DNA of 64,000 nucleotides from Caecitellus pseudoparvulus. Its lineage: Eukaryota > Protista > Bigyra: Bicosoecida. The translations under genes were made by a program, and so were the position numbers. Below are positions 12,001 through 24,354 of this stretch, in pieces. The stretch is taken from assembly GCA_965644315.1 (NCBI GenBank), contig CBFFRQ010000032.1, positions 62,001 through 126,000 on the forward strand. The letters run 5' to 3'. Positions within the stretch are counted from its first letter, which is position 1; every line of letters begins with the position of its first letter. Below the pieces are notes generated by a model. It was given only the letters and a program-made list of their open reading frames with translations. It searched no databases and was not told the origin of the DNA.

Positions 12001-15000
12001 GTGACACGGCGTTTGGCGGGTACACTGTGTGGGGCGGGGGTCTGCCGTCGGTGACAGTGAGCTCACTGCGTGTGGAGGTGGGGAACGTGAGCAGCCTGGC
12101 GTCGTCGCCGGTGCTGCCGTCGTCATCTGCGTCGGGGGTGGGCATCGAGGCGTTCCAGCCGCTGCTGCATGTGGAGGTGCAGGCGAGTGACGGTGTGGGT
12201 GGGTGGAGCCGTGTGCGGGGGTACGAGCACGCGTGTGCGCTGAATGCGAGTCTGGCGGGCGGGTCGGCAGTGGACTTGGACGGGTCAGGCGGCAGCAGTG
12301 TGGGCGTGTTGATCGACGCCGTGACGGGTCAGGGTCGTTTCGAGGGTGTGCACCTGTACGACGTGGCGCCTGGCGACGTGGTGTCGCTGGGTGTGGTGTG
12401 TCGGTACTTGGGTGACACGGCGTTTGGCGGGTACACTGTGTGGGGCGGGGGTCTGCCGTCGGTGACAGTGAGCTCACTGCGTGTGGAGGTGGGGAACGTG
12501 AGCAGCCTGGCGTCGTCGCCGGTGCTGCCGTCGTCATCTGCGTCGGGCGTGGGCATCGAGGCGTTCCAGCCGCTGCTGCATGTGGAGGTGCAGGCGAGTG
12601 ATGGTGTGGGTGGGTGGAGCCGTGTGCGGGGGTACGAGCACGCGTGTGCGCTGAATGCGAGTCTGGCGGGCGGGTCGGCAGTGGACTTGGACGGGTCAGG
12701 CGGCAGCAGTGTGGGCGTGTTGATCGACGCCGTGACGGGTCAGGGTCGTTTCGAGGGTGTGCACCTGTACGACGTGGCGCCTGGCGACGTGGTGTCGCTG
12801 GGTGTGGTGTGTCGGTACTTGGGTGACACGGCGTTTGGCGGGTACACTGTGTGGGGCGGGGGTCTGCCGTCGGTGACAGTGAGCTCACTGCGTGTGGAGG
12901 TGGGGAACGTGAGCAGCCTGGCGTCGTCGCCGGTGCTGCCGTCGTCATCTGCGTCGGGCGTGGGCATCGAGGCGTTCCAGCCGCTGCTGCATGTGGAGGT
13001 GCAGGCGAGTGACGGTGTGGGTGGGTGGAGCCGTGTGCGGGGGTACGAGCACGCGTGTGCGCTGAATGCGAGTCTGGCGGGCGGGTCGGCAGTGGACTTG
13101 GACGGGTCAGGCGGCAGCAGTGTGGGCGTGTTGATCGACGCCGTGACGGGTCAGGGTCGTTTCGAGGGTGTGCACCTGTACGACGTGGCGCCTGGTGACG
13201 TGGTGTCGCTGGGTGTGGTGTGTCGGTACTTGGGTGACACGGCGTTTGGCGGGTACACTGTGTGGGGCGGGGGTCTGCCGTCGGTGACAGTGAGCTCACT
13301 GCGTGTGGAGGTGGGGAACGTGAGCAGCCTGGCGTCGTCGCCGGTGCTGCCGTCGTTCTTCTTTTCTTTGACGAACATTCCGTTTTTAGACTCCGAACCA
13401 GTACGGCTTCTGGCATCGTCTGTGTCTGGCTCTTGGCATGAAGTTTCCGGACTTGGAACGAACTGTACCTTCTCTGCATTCAGTGAGGGTGTCCAAATCC
13501 CGTTGCGCAAGGATCTCCAGAACGTCTCCATTGCATTCGATCGCTCATCTGTTGTATCCCTACCACCCTTGTATGCGTTTGGTGCTCGACTCGGTGGAGC
13601 AGATGTGACCTTGAATGGTACTTGTTCGTGGCTCGGGCACGTGTCAATGGGCAGCACAGCATTGAATATCTCACTGCGAACTGGATCAGCAGGTGTTGTG
13701 ACATCCTCTCTGTTTTCTGACAAGGTTGTTCTCCCGTCGTCTGATTTTTTGAGAGGATCTTTGGATATTGTTTCGACAGTTCGAGTCAACACTAGTTCTG
13801 ACCCGGCTGGCGCTTCAAATCTTGCCCACGCATGCACGCTGAATGTGACTTCGTCCTCACATGCTTTTGAGACCTTCATTGCTGCTGAGCTGGGCGTGGA
13901 TGCACCCACTTTGCAAGCTCGGCGACCTCTTGATTGGCTTGACGCGGTGCCCTCTATGCCAAACCAACCGCTTGGCATTGATTTTGGCCCTTTGCAAGGT
14001 CTATGGAGCACTGTCGATCTGCTCTCTGGAGAGGCAACGTTTCCGCTTGTCTCTCTGTCAGGTGCCGGGCCACAGTCAGTTTTGTCTGTGATTCCTCGCT
14101 GTCGTTGGCTGAATGACTCCACCATTCCAGCGAATGAAGTGACAGGAGGGGAGCGGCATGTTGCGATCGCTGGCGCTTCCGCAGTATGGAACAATGCTGC
14201 TGCTGCACAAGGGGGCCGCGTTCTTCTGAGCACAATCACTCAACCGCTTCCCGCCTTCACGCCACCGTTGGAGGTTGTCGTTGCTGTGCACCTTCCACCA
14301 AGTCAAGGAGGGGATATCCTGTCTACTGGCTTCCGCCACTCCTGTACTGCACGGGTCCTTCAGGATCAAGAAGGGACCAACGTAACCTTGAGCACCATCG
14401 GAAACACATCCATTACAGATCCGAGCTCAGGCATTGCAACGTTCGATGAGTTATCAGTGCTGGGGGGGTCTTTGTCCTCCACGTTGTTCGTGCAAGTCGT
14501 CTGCTTTGTTGGGGGGAGTCAGTCGTCAGCATCGACGGCTGTTTATACCCACGATGCCTTGCCTCTGCGCCCGACACAGCTGCGTGCACAGTTTGTGAAT
14601 GCCACAGGGCTGAGGTATTCCGCGATCATGCTTCCGTCAAGGTCCACCTTGTTTATTCCTGCTTTTGGGGATACTGTGACAGTCGCGGTAGGTCATGCTC
14701 CGGTGACTACCCCTCTGGCTGGCCGTGAGTTTGTCCCTGGAGTTGTGGCTGTGCCTGGAGCAGTGAGCACCTGCGAGTTATCGTTTTTGAATGCTTCTGG
14801 CCACGACATGCTGTTCTTGGACAGCGGTGTGTACGGGCCTGCGCCAACGTCGATTCGCTTGTCCGACTCGTGGACAGGGCTCGCACAATTCGAGTCGATC
14901 GGGCATGTCTCAGACCCAGGCCAAGTGTTGCAGCTGAGCCTGCATTGTCAATGGCTCGATTCGAATGTGTCCCTGCCAACTCAGACGATTGCAGGGCTCC

Positions 15001-18000
15001 AGGTTCCGACGTTCGTCAGCAGCTGGGAGCAGGTGCCCTCTGTAAACGTTGGCAAGTCAGTCCAAGCCCAAGTCGTCCCTTTTGCACCGCCTGCGATTTT
15101 ATCGACTTCGTTAGACTATGCAGGGTCGCCTCCGCAGCAGCTGGTCGACGGAGGAGCAGTCTTTGTGTTTGACGCGCTGGCTACAGTGCTGGGGCCAGCC
15201 GTAGCGGCGACCCTGCCGTCCCACTTCACGTGCTCGCTCCAGCTGCTCACTTCAGGGGCGTTTTCTCTCACTGGCGACTTGCTGGAACTTGCCATACCAT
15301 CCAGCCCCAATGTAACATTCAGTAACGCTGGCGTCATTGATGCAAACCCAGGGGATAGCATCGGTGTCAGCGCTCGCTGCTCCTGGCTTGGAGACGCACG
15401 ACTCTCGTGGGACAGCCCCCCTTTCACCCAGCAAGTGCAAGATGTTTTTGTTCGATGGGAAACTCAGCCCCCTGTCTTTGTCGTGCCTTCCTCAGAAAGC
15501 TTCGACCCGGATGACCCAGAGACGCTGTACCAGGCGATGTCCCCTGCACCCAGTGTGGCGATCATTGCAGGAAGCAGCAGCGGGGGCAGCAACTTCACAG
15601 TAGACACATCATCTGGTGGCACATGCACCCTGTCAACCATCACGGGTTCGTCTCTGCGCCTGTTTGGCCAGACTCAGGTTGAAATCGTCGCTGGCCGAGC
15701 GACTTTTCCCCGAGTCGTTGCAACTGCTTCATTCTTGGGTGCTTCCGCCAACGTCACTGTCATCTGTCAGCGCACTGTGGATGTCCTCCAAATTTTGGTT
15801 CCTGCGCCAGTTTTTGCTGCTGACTTGGTCCCCTCGCTGGTGGGCCCGCGGGCTTCGCTGCTACTGAGCCATGGCGCCTTCCACCAGGCAACCTTCTTCA
15901 AGTCAAACCTTCCCAGGGATGTATCGCTGGACATTCAGCTCCAAGGCCGATCTCCCGCAGCTTCCAGCGCACTCCAACAAGCACTGTCATCAGCCAGCGC
16001 GCCCCTGCTCCGCGAGCGAGACGTCTCCTGCTCCGCCTCGCTGTCATCAGTGGACGGGAGCTTGGGATCCGAGGACTTGTTTCTTTCGTCAGATTCGACA
16101 TCTGGCGATACGCGCAACATTGCAGCGGACTCCGGCCGCTCACCCTCTGAAACAAACTTTCCAGTGCGCTTTCCAGGCTCTGAGTACTCGATCAGCGGCA
16201 ACGCTGCGGTCGCCGGGACAGCGGTGAGCATGTCCCTGGCTTGCCGACTGAGGAATAGGTACCCATTGCAGGCCTTGAACATCACGCTCTTTGTTCAGGA
16301 AGGCGGGGTGCAAGCGCTTCAAGTTCCAGATCCTCAATTCTGGCCCTCCAGCTCCTTCTCCGAGACACCCCTCACGCCTGCCATTCAATTGGTCATGACC
16401 GACTTGTTTGGGTTGCCGGTGCCGAGCTACGTGGCATCTGGGCTTTCTTGCGTTGCCCGAGCTGTCAGTCGAGACGGCTCAGTCGTTGCTGCGTTGGGGG
16501 GTACCGAGCGCTTTGCTGGTCAAGATAACGGGGTCGTAGAGTTCGCCCAGCTGGCAGTGTCGGCCAGCTTCGGGTCCATGGTGGATTTGGAGTTCCAGTG
16601 CCAGCGCGCTCAAGGCGATGTGCTGCAGCCCATCACAATCCCAGTGCAGGCCCAGCCTGCTTCGCATGTTGTGCTTCGCGGCCCCTCCACGTTTAGCGTC
16701 GTTTCGGGCCAGTCAACACGGCTGGTTGTCGATCTCGCGGCAGACGCTGAGGGTGAGCAAGTGCTTGACTCTCAAGGAACTGCGAAGTGTCAAGTCCGAC
16801 TGACTCAAGTTCGCCCCCTTCGAGATGCTAATGGGACAGATGCCGCGAGCTTCGCGACGACAAGCCTGGAAAACGTAAATCTGCGCGGGGACGCTGCTGC
16901 TGCACAGCAGGGTCAGGCCCAGATCGTCTTTGATGCTGTGGTCGTGGACGGACCTGTCGGTCACGAGTACTCAGGGCGAGTGGAGTGCTTTGTCGCAACC
17001 ACTCACCAGGTGCAGCACTCAGCCCCCTTCACAGTCACTATTCAGGATTGCCCACCTGGGCAGCAGCCCGGATCTCGTGGCATTGTGTGCGAGCCATGTG
17101 GGGAGGACCTGTACAGCCTGGGGGGTTGGATGCGGTGTGCTAAGTGCCCAGGTGTGTCTGAAGGCGCCGCGAAATGTGACAACGGTGTGCTTGACCTTGC
17201 TCCCGGGTTTTACGTCGCTGGCTTCACGTACCCCCCCGAGGAGGACACACGCTTTTTTGAGTGCTTGGAGCCGTCTGCCTGCATCATCGCCAACTTCAAC
17301 GGCTCCCAAGCGCTCCGGTGCAATGAAGCTGAAGGCTACGGTGGGGTGTTGTGTGGTGTGTGCGCAGACGGTTACGCTTCTCAGAATGATGTTTGCGTGG
17401 AGTGCTTCGACCCCCTGCTGAATGTCTTGGTCGTAACGCTCATGGCGGTCGTGTTTATCGGCATCGTCACGTATCTGTCAGCATTCCATACATTTAAGCC
17501 TGCCGCAGATCCTCAGGTGATTCTGCGCATCATGCTGTCGTACTTGCAGATTCTGGCGACTCTGGGGCGGTTCAAAGCCCACGGGAGCGCACTGTTTCGG
17601 GAAGTGTTCTCACCCCTCGAAACGCTCGGAGGCAGCATCTTTACACTCCCCCCCATCGCATGCTTGCTTCAGCTTGGCTTTTACACTCGGTTCTTGCTGT
17701 ACATGCTGCTCCCACCCATGGTCGCGGTGCTGGCGATCCTTGTGAACATTCTTGTCATCGCCCTCAGCGTCATGCAGGACCGTGAGAGGCGCAGCCTCCG
17801 CATCGTGTGGCTGGAAATCGTTCGCTTTGTGCGGGAGGCCAAGTACACTGCGACGGTGGCATTCTTCTTTTTCATCGCGTACACCACGTTGGCGTGGCAA
17901 GTCATCCAGATGTTCGATTGTACGGACCCCATCGCAGGCGTGCAGTACCTCAAGGCAGACCTGCGCATCGAGTGCTACGACGCTGCCCACCTTGTCGGCA

Positions 18001-20867
18001 TGATCGGGGCTGGCATGGCTGGCCTCTTTTACATGATTGGTGTCCCCATGACGTTCGTGTTCATGCTGAGGCGGTACAGGCACTTGCTGTACGACCCGCA
18101 GTTCTTCAGCAAGTATGGCTTCCTCTTCGATGGCCTGAGAGACTCGAGGTCGTGGTGGGAGAGTCTGCTCATGCTTCGAAAGTTGCTTGTGCTGTCTGTG
18201 TCCGTCCTCATCACCAATGCCCAGTACCAGGTGTATGCCAGTATCACCCTCGTGGTTGTCTCCCTCATGATGCAACTGGTGTACCAGCCTTACGAGAGCA
18301 AGACGTTCAACAAGCTTGAAGTTGTGTCCCTCGCTGCCCTCTACGTGACGCAGATGACATCCATCACGTACCTGGTGTCCACAGGGGAAGAGTCGACTGC
18401 CACTGACTCATCCTTTGCCACTGCATCCGTTCAAGAGATTGGTGTGACGCTAGTCCTGGTAGTGACCAACGCATTGGTGCTCCTGGCATTCTTTGCCCTC
18501 ATTGTCAGGTCTCTGTGGAATGCGTACAAGCTTGAGTACCGGACAGACCTGGCACTGCTTGAGCTGTTGGGGGATGAGATCCACGTGCCGGAGCAAGGCC
18601 TGCGCCGCAGGCATGTGTGTTGCTACTTGTTTTACCGCAGTATATATGACGTTCCACCTCAGAAGCGGGTCATGCAGCAGCACAACCCGATGGCTTCTGC
18701 TCGCCGCAAAGCTATGCTGGGGGGCATTGTGAACTTGGCTGCCATCTTAGCCGGCAAAGTGAAGCACTTGAACGGAAAGCACATCTCGCGGAAGTCAATC
18801 GTTGCCCGTCCATCCATCATCGGAAGCAGGCGAAAACACTCTGCAGGCGGTGCTGGGGCACCCAAGGCAATGAAGGCGACACCCCGCGCGAGGCGAAAAC
18901 GGATGAGCATTGTTCCGGGCATGATCCGGGCAGGTGAAGATGCGAAAGCGATGCCAGGCCAAAGGTCTGCTTCTCGCGGCGCGTTGGAGGCAATTGCGAA
19001 CAGCGCAGCTGCTTCCGATGGGTCCATTGCCCGCTTGACGAGGAGCGGGCGAGCTGGAAGGCGTGCTCTGCGCCAGCTTGCGCTGTCATGCCGTGGGGCT
19101 GCCAAACACGTGTCCGGTCAACGCAGAGAGGAGTTGCTGCTGATTGCTAAGGCCATCACGGAAAACAAGGAGATTTCATCTCTCGAACAAGCGAGGCCTG
19201 CCCTTTCCCAGGGCGGCTCTGCCGGGAAGCTTATCGTGTCAGGTGGAAGCTCTGGGGCTTTGAACCTCCAGAGTAATCCGCTTGTCGTGCAGGCTGTTGA
19301 CCACTCTAAGAGCTCATCGGTATTGAACCGTTCCCAGGCTGCTCCGTTTCGTTCGGGCGCCGCAACCAGCATGGGGCACAGGACTCCTTCAGGGTCTCGT
19401 CTGCGCCCTCTCATGGAGCAGCAAGACTCTGTGCCAGAGTTGGAGCGCCCGCCCTTGGATCCACAAGGGTCAGGACGGGATTCGCTGCGGGATCCAGTTG
19501 CCGTGGAGCCGGACGGCCCTGCGCTTGGCCGCAGCAGGGCTCCTTCCTTGTCCCGCAGCCAGCACTCAGTTGCGGCGAGCTCTGAGGAGGCTGTGAATCC
19601 GCTCAGAGCCATGCGCCGGCGCACCAGCATGGCCATCACGCAGGGGTCCCCTATGGCGCCGCCAGGGGGCGAGCCACAGCAGGCACCGCCAGCCTCCAGC
19701 CGGGAAGCCGGTTTGTTGCCTGCGTTCAGTGAGGATGGTGGTGGACTATCCAGCTCACGATCGGGAAATGTGCAGCCAGCACGCCGACTGGAGAAGTCCG
19801 CAAATTCTCGCGGAAAGGTGAGACGCGTCAGCTTGGCCACTTTGGGCATTCCCGAGTGCAGCCGAGGCAGTGTGCTTGGCCTGTCGCCTGCGGCTAGGCA
19901 AGCAGGTTTGCCGCTCAAAGATGGTGCGGCACAGCAGACAGGGACTGAACAAGCTGCCCGACGAGGTGCCGCTTTGCATGGGCTCGAGCTGTTGTCAAGC
20001 AGCGACTCTGATGAGGGCACAGCCTCTTCACACTTGGGCACACCGACGTGGCCGACTGAGCAGCCAGGCACCGCGGTTGTCTCGCCGCTTCATTCAAAGA
20101 GCGGCGGCGCCCCGCGGGGACGCCAAGGCCTGCTTCGAGCTGGCGGAGGAAGCCACCTCGCGCTTGCGCAGTGGAGTGACTCGGACAGCCAGCATTCCAC
20201 TGAACAGCTCGCGGCCGAAAGAGCTGGTGGTGCAACTCTCAGGAACCCGCTACGCTCCAAGGCAGCTGCGGATGGTCCCAGATCAGTGTTTCCGTCTCCA
20301 TCCAGGCACCCAGGATTGGAAGCCTTTGGCGACTCTGACAGCGACCACTCGACTGGTCACGCAAGGGCCGCTCCGCGCTTCAGTGGCGCAAGCACTGCCC
20401 CCAACCCCCTCCTCGCTTTGCGAGGACGTGGCTCCATTCAGCTAGGAGATAGTGGGGAGAGCTCCGCAGACGATACACGCGGGGAAGCGGCTGGACATGT
20501 GCCAGCAAGCGAGCAGGACACGCCCCGGCGGCACAGGCACCCGGCCCTCGTCCTCGCCCTCGCTGACAGCAGTGACTCGGAGCACGGCTGGGCGGATGAT
20601 GCCCCTACTGCCTCCAAACCCCTGAACCACCGACCCAGCGTGCACACTGCACCCAACCCACTCGCTCGAGTGTTCGGGGGGGCGGGCAGTGTCACCACTG
20701 AGGAGAGCAGCGGAGAGAGCAGCGACGGCAGCACAGTGCAGACCGTCCGGTCGTCGCTGACTGCAGGCTCATCTGCACGCCGCATGCGCATTCGCCGGGC
20801 GAGTGTCAGCAACTTGCGCAGCCTCATGAGCTTGCATGCTGGCGACGCAGAGTCGGGGGCAAAGTGA
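3..20867 (+). CDS. Giant multi-pass surface protein (>=6,936 aa once three +1 insertions are removed; 5' end outside window): PMP-like beta-helix, ~30 two-Cys Ig-like modules, Cys-rich region, ~9-TM domain, Ser-rich disordered tail
   Basis: The frame is open from base 3. ORFs 54..8675, 8542..9537, 9365..9949 and 9777..20867 join through single-base insertions at ~8573, ~9397 and ~9808. GGA(L/V)/FxxN motifs lie at ~1600-2280 (FSNNSALTGFGGAL, FAGNSAHDGAGGAV). A Cys-rich segment CPPGQ..CEPC..PGFY..GVLCGVCADGY is at ~17050-17405. About 9 hydrophobic helices at ~17415-18515 carry YGFLF..WWE..RK and QPY..N.LE motifs. No intron is needed. Confidence 0.85.
5076..13356 (+). repeat. Coding tandem array: 20 full copies plus a 58-bp partial copy of a 411-bp (137-aa) unit
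   Basis: The unit starts CTGCGTGTGGAGGTGGGGAACGTG. The ORF track recurs every 411 bp, or 412 bp across the three insertions. Units differ at only ~10 positions, nearly all synonymous. Confidence 0.98.
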
Positions 20868-21084
20868 CCTCATTCGGGTGAGTCGCTTCAGGTGCCTCGG
20901 CACGCCAAATAACTACATCGCACAAACTTGACTTCGTAGGTGTCTATCAGAGTTTAGTCCAATCACCTAGAATGCAGTTTTCTCTGAAAGGTTGTCAATC
21001 CCTTGCTCCACAGCTTTGCTCAGGCGAAAAGCACGCGAGCATCCTCACAGTGAGCGGCCTGGTGTACCTACCACAGGCTGGGGC

Positions 21085-22782
21085 ATGGATAGTGCCAAAG
21101 GTTCGCGCGGCGCACAAGTGCCCCACCGGGGTGTAGGGCCTGGAGCAGCTTCTGGCAGCGCGTCTGGGAGGGGCTGGGTTCAGGCACTGTCAGCGCCGAG
21201 CAGCCTGATGCTCATCGGCGCCACGGCAGCAGCTGCGACTGGCCTGTACCTCTTTTTCTGGCCGCAAGGAGCAGGTGAACGTGAAAATGCCCGGGATCCC
21301 ATGTCCTTGGATACTGCGCGCCTCATCCAGCTGAAGCTCAAGGCTCTTTTCCAGGCCATTGCAGCCGGTATGTCCAGCGTGTGGAATCGATTTCCGCACG
21401 ACACGCATCCCTGTCTCTTGGCCCCGACATGCACAGGAGACAAAGATGCAGCTGCATCCATAATGCTGGAGACACCTGCAGTCGTGCATGCCCATCGGAG
21501 TGACGATAAAGCCACAGCCCTGTGCATGGCGGCACAGGAGGGCTTCGAAGCAGTTGTGGCGATGCTGCTGGAGCGAGGCGCAGGCGTCAACAGCACAGAT
21601 GAACGTGGGGCGTCAGCCCTGTCTTATGCCGCATCCAGAGGCAAGAAGCTGTGCCTAAACATGCTTTTGGAAGCAGGGGCGAGCCCAAGTGCATCGCTCA
21701 AGGGCACAGGGCACCAGGCGCTGCACCTTGCTGCGGGCGCAGGGCACACGGCAGCAGTGCGACTCCTCCTTAAGTTTGGGGCACCGATCTCGCCCCAGAC
21801 GGCAGATGGCACCACGCCACTCATGATGGCAGCAGAAGGGGGGCACTTGGATGTGGTGCGAGAGCTTCTGCTGGCGGGCAGCTGCAGCACGATGGCCGAC
21901 GCACGAGGCTATACAGCTCTGCACCGGGGCGTGCTGGCCCAGTCAGAGCAGACGGTGGCAGCCATCCTATCGGTGGCAGCTTGTGAGTATACTGCGTTCG
22001 CTGACACTGGTGCCAGGTGTGCTTCGCCCCTTGCCCTGGCGGCAGCCACTGGCAACAGGGCAGTCGCGGCGGTGTTGGTGGAGGCAGGCGCGGGCCCGAC
22101 TGAGACGTCCCCATGCCCACTGCTTGACTGCGAGTACAAGTGCGAGACAACGACACCCCTGCACATTGCGGCAGCATGTGGCCACACTGGTGTGGTGCAG
22201 GACCTCGTGGCATCTGCCAGCGCAGCCTCACCACCCACGCAGCCCTCCACAGCTAGCCCAGCGCACCCCTCTCCATGGGCATGCTGCCCCGATGGAGATG
22301 GACTGACGCCGCTCATGGTGGCAGTGCAGTGTGGTCGACGTGCGACTGTCGCACAGCTGGTCATGGCCGAAGCTGACAGTGTCAACTTACAGACTGTAGG
22401 GGGGAGGCGAAGCGCTCTGCATTTGGCTGCAGCGGCAGGAGGTGCGCTGAGGCCTCCCGGGTGTGATGCCAGGCTGCACATTGTGCAGGATTTGCTGGCC
22501 ATGGGTGCAGACGTCAACTGTGAAGATGGGGCAGGGGCAACCCCTCTGCACTTGGCCTGTGCTGCTGTGTGGCGGGACGGCGTGGCAGTGCTCTTGGGGG
22601 CAGGGGCCGATGCCACGCGTGCCGATGCAGCAGGGCGCCGCTGTGCGGACTTGGTGTCTGCCATGCAAGGGGCGGTGATCAAGGGTGAGGTGCCTGCCCA
22701 TGACTCCAGCGTGGACGTTTCGGCTCTCAGCGCTGCTCTCGTGGACATCGCTGCATTGCTGGGCCGGGCGGCTGGGACATGA
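21085..22782 (+). CDS. Ankyrin-repeat protein with N-terminal membrane anchor; join(21085..21367,21437..22782)
   Basis: TM segment LMLIGATAAAATGLYLFFW. About 10 ankyrin motifs (TALCMAA, SALSYAA, ALHLAA, TPLMMAA, TPLHIAA, TPLHLAC). Probable 69-nt in-frame intron GTATGT..GCACAG. Confidence 0.85.
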   Translation: MDSAKGSRGAQVPHRGVGPGAASGSASGRGWVQALSAPSSLMLIGATAAAATGLYLFFWPQGAGERENARDPMSLDTARLIQLKLKALFQAIAAGMSSVWNRFPHDTHPCLLAPTCTGDKDAAASIMLETPAVVHAHRSDDKATALCMAAQEGFEAVVAMLLERGAGVNSTDERGASALSYAASRGKKLCLNMLLEAGASPSASLKGTGHQALHLAAGAGHTAAVRLLLKFGAPISPQTADGTTPLMMAAEGGHLDVVRELLLAGSCSTMADARGYTALHRGVLAQSEQTVAAILSVAACEYTAFADTGARCASPLALAAATGNRAVAAVLVEAGAGPTETSPCPLLDCEYKCETTTPLHIAAACGHTGVVQDLVASASAASPPTQPSTASPAHPSPWACCPDGDGLTPLMVAVQCGRRATVAQLVMAEADSVNLQTVGGRRSALHLAAAAGGALRPPGCDARLHIVQDLLAMGADVNCEDGAGATPLHLACAAVWRDGVAVLLGAGADATRADAAGRRCADLVSAMQGAVIKGEVPAHDSSVDVSALSAALVDIAALLGRAAGT

Positions 22783-22794
22783 GCCACCTCTGCA

Positions 22795-23885
22795 TTAGCT
22801 TTCGCTGCTTTGTTTGGTGGTTGTAGAGTCAGGGGCAGGGCCAGCTGTGGTCGATGTGGGTGGCTCGGCCTGCACCGGCCCTGCCGTGGTCTCTGGGCTT
22901 GCTGGGGGTGCGGCCGAGGAACGTGCGCCAGGAGTGGGCGCAAGTGCTTCAGACACCTTGGTCTCCTCTGTAGTCGATGCCAGCCCCTCGTGTGATGCTG
23001 TGCTTGATTCGCCAGCAGGCTGTAACTGAGGTGTCCCCGCTGGGTCAGGCACAGCCGCTGGTGCGACTGCAGCGTCTTGCAGCACAGAGCTGGTTGCGGG
23101 AGTTGGGGCAGGGTCGCTTTGGCCGTGCTCCTGGTCAGTCGCACCAGTTGATGGTCTGGGCTTCTTCGCGGGAGAGGGCGCTGCCTTGTTGGGCTGGGCC
23201 TTGGCGTACTGCGCCAGAAACGGCGCACGAGCGGCAGGCGGCATGTCCCGCCACTGCTCGCCAGCCACGACAGCTGCCTCCACTTCTGACATCTCGGGAG
23301 ACTCCTCCAGCAGCTTCGGGAGTTGTGCCTTGAGGTAGAAGAGGAACGGCGAGGGTGTGCCACGCTGAGTGTGCGTCGGCTGCCGCGCACGCTTCACGCC
23401 ACGCAAAAGCGCCCGTGATGGCTGGGCGGAGGCCTCCAGCAGTGCCTGCTTCAATGGCGGCGCAAGGGCATCTACAAATGCATCAGGCAGTGTGGCCGGC
23501 AAGGTTGAGGCTGCCGTTAGGAGCTTGTCGAGAACAGGGTCCCTGTCCTCCGACGCTGACAGCGCCACTGCCAGAGAGGCCGGCGTGTCTGCGGCCTGCC
23601 CAGCGTTGGCAGCAGCGGCAAGGCCACCGCTGGTTTGCAAGTGGATGTGCTTCGCCTTAGCAAGGGTGTGGAGTTGCTCAGTCAAGAGCCTGTGCATGGC
23701 ACAAGCGCGCTCCCTCTTGCAAAGCAGGTGGCGTTTCGCCAACGTTTCCACACGCACTGCTTTTCCGCCCGTTGCTCCTTGATAGTTGAGAGGGCTGTCT
23801 TCAGAATGGACGAGAGGGTTTGAAAGTCTTTATCCAATGCATGGTACTGAGATGCCAGGAACCGAAAGTCTGAAGGCGTTGCCAT
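22795..23885 (-). CDS. HMG-box protein; complement(join(22795..23689,23758..23885))
   Basis: HMG-box pattern PSPFLFYLKAQLPKLLEESPEMSEVEAAVVAGEQWRDMPPAARAPF. A 68-nt GTGCGT..GCACAG intron joins the ATG exon in frame. Pro/Ala/Thr-rich tail. Confidence 0.75.
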
Positions 23886-24354
23886 GGTTACAATCCCTCA
23901 GCCAAGCAGGAAACCTGCACGTTGTGCCTAAACCTAGATCTGCACACTGCAAAACCCGACTGGACAGACTAGCGACACAGCAGGAGCCATTGTTTAAATT
24001 TTGTTTTATCGACTCGAGCCTCCACCCAGAACTTTGCGCTGCTCTTGGAAGGGACACGGGACCACCCCTGGTTTACGCTGCCAGCCACTGACCGCTTGCA
24101 GCGCTGCGTTGCTTGCGCAGCGCCTGAACCAGCTGTGAATTACACCATTGAGCAGTCGCAGGCACCATCATCGGCTCACGCTGTGACCGGCCTGTGAAGG
24201 TGACTCTGCTGTTTCGGCAACGACTTCAAGACAGCAGGCAGCAACCCACACGTGGGCGTGCAACTGGAGGGGTGCTGGAGCTTCAATTTCCGCTCCGCAC
24301 GCATCTGTCGCGCTTGCCAACAGGCTTGTACTTTGAGCTTGTCCGAGCTTGGCT

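Noticed and set aside
5076-13356. Array as CRISPR, satellite DNA or tandem transposon
   Set aside because: There are no unique spacers or terminal repeats. The unit is 3n and in frame with unique coding flanks that carry diverged copies of the same module.
5050-13479. Long antisense ORFs (1124 aa, 1342 aa) and the repeated 70-75 aa ORFs over the array
   Set aside because: They are shadows of the G/T-rich sense repeat. Variants are silent in the + frame but change amino acids in the antisense frame.
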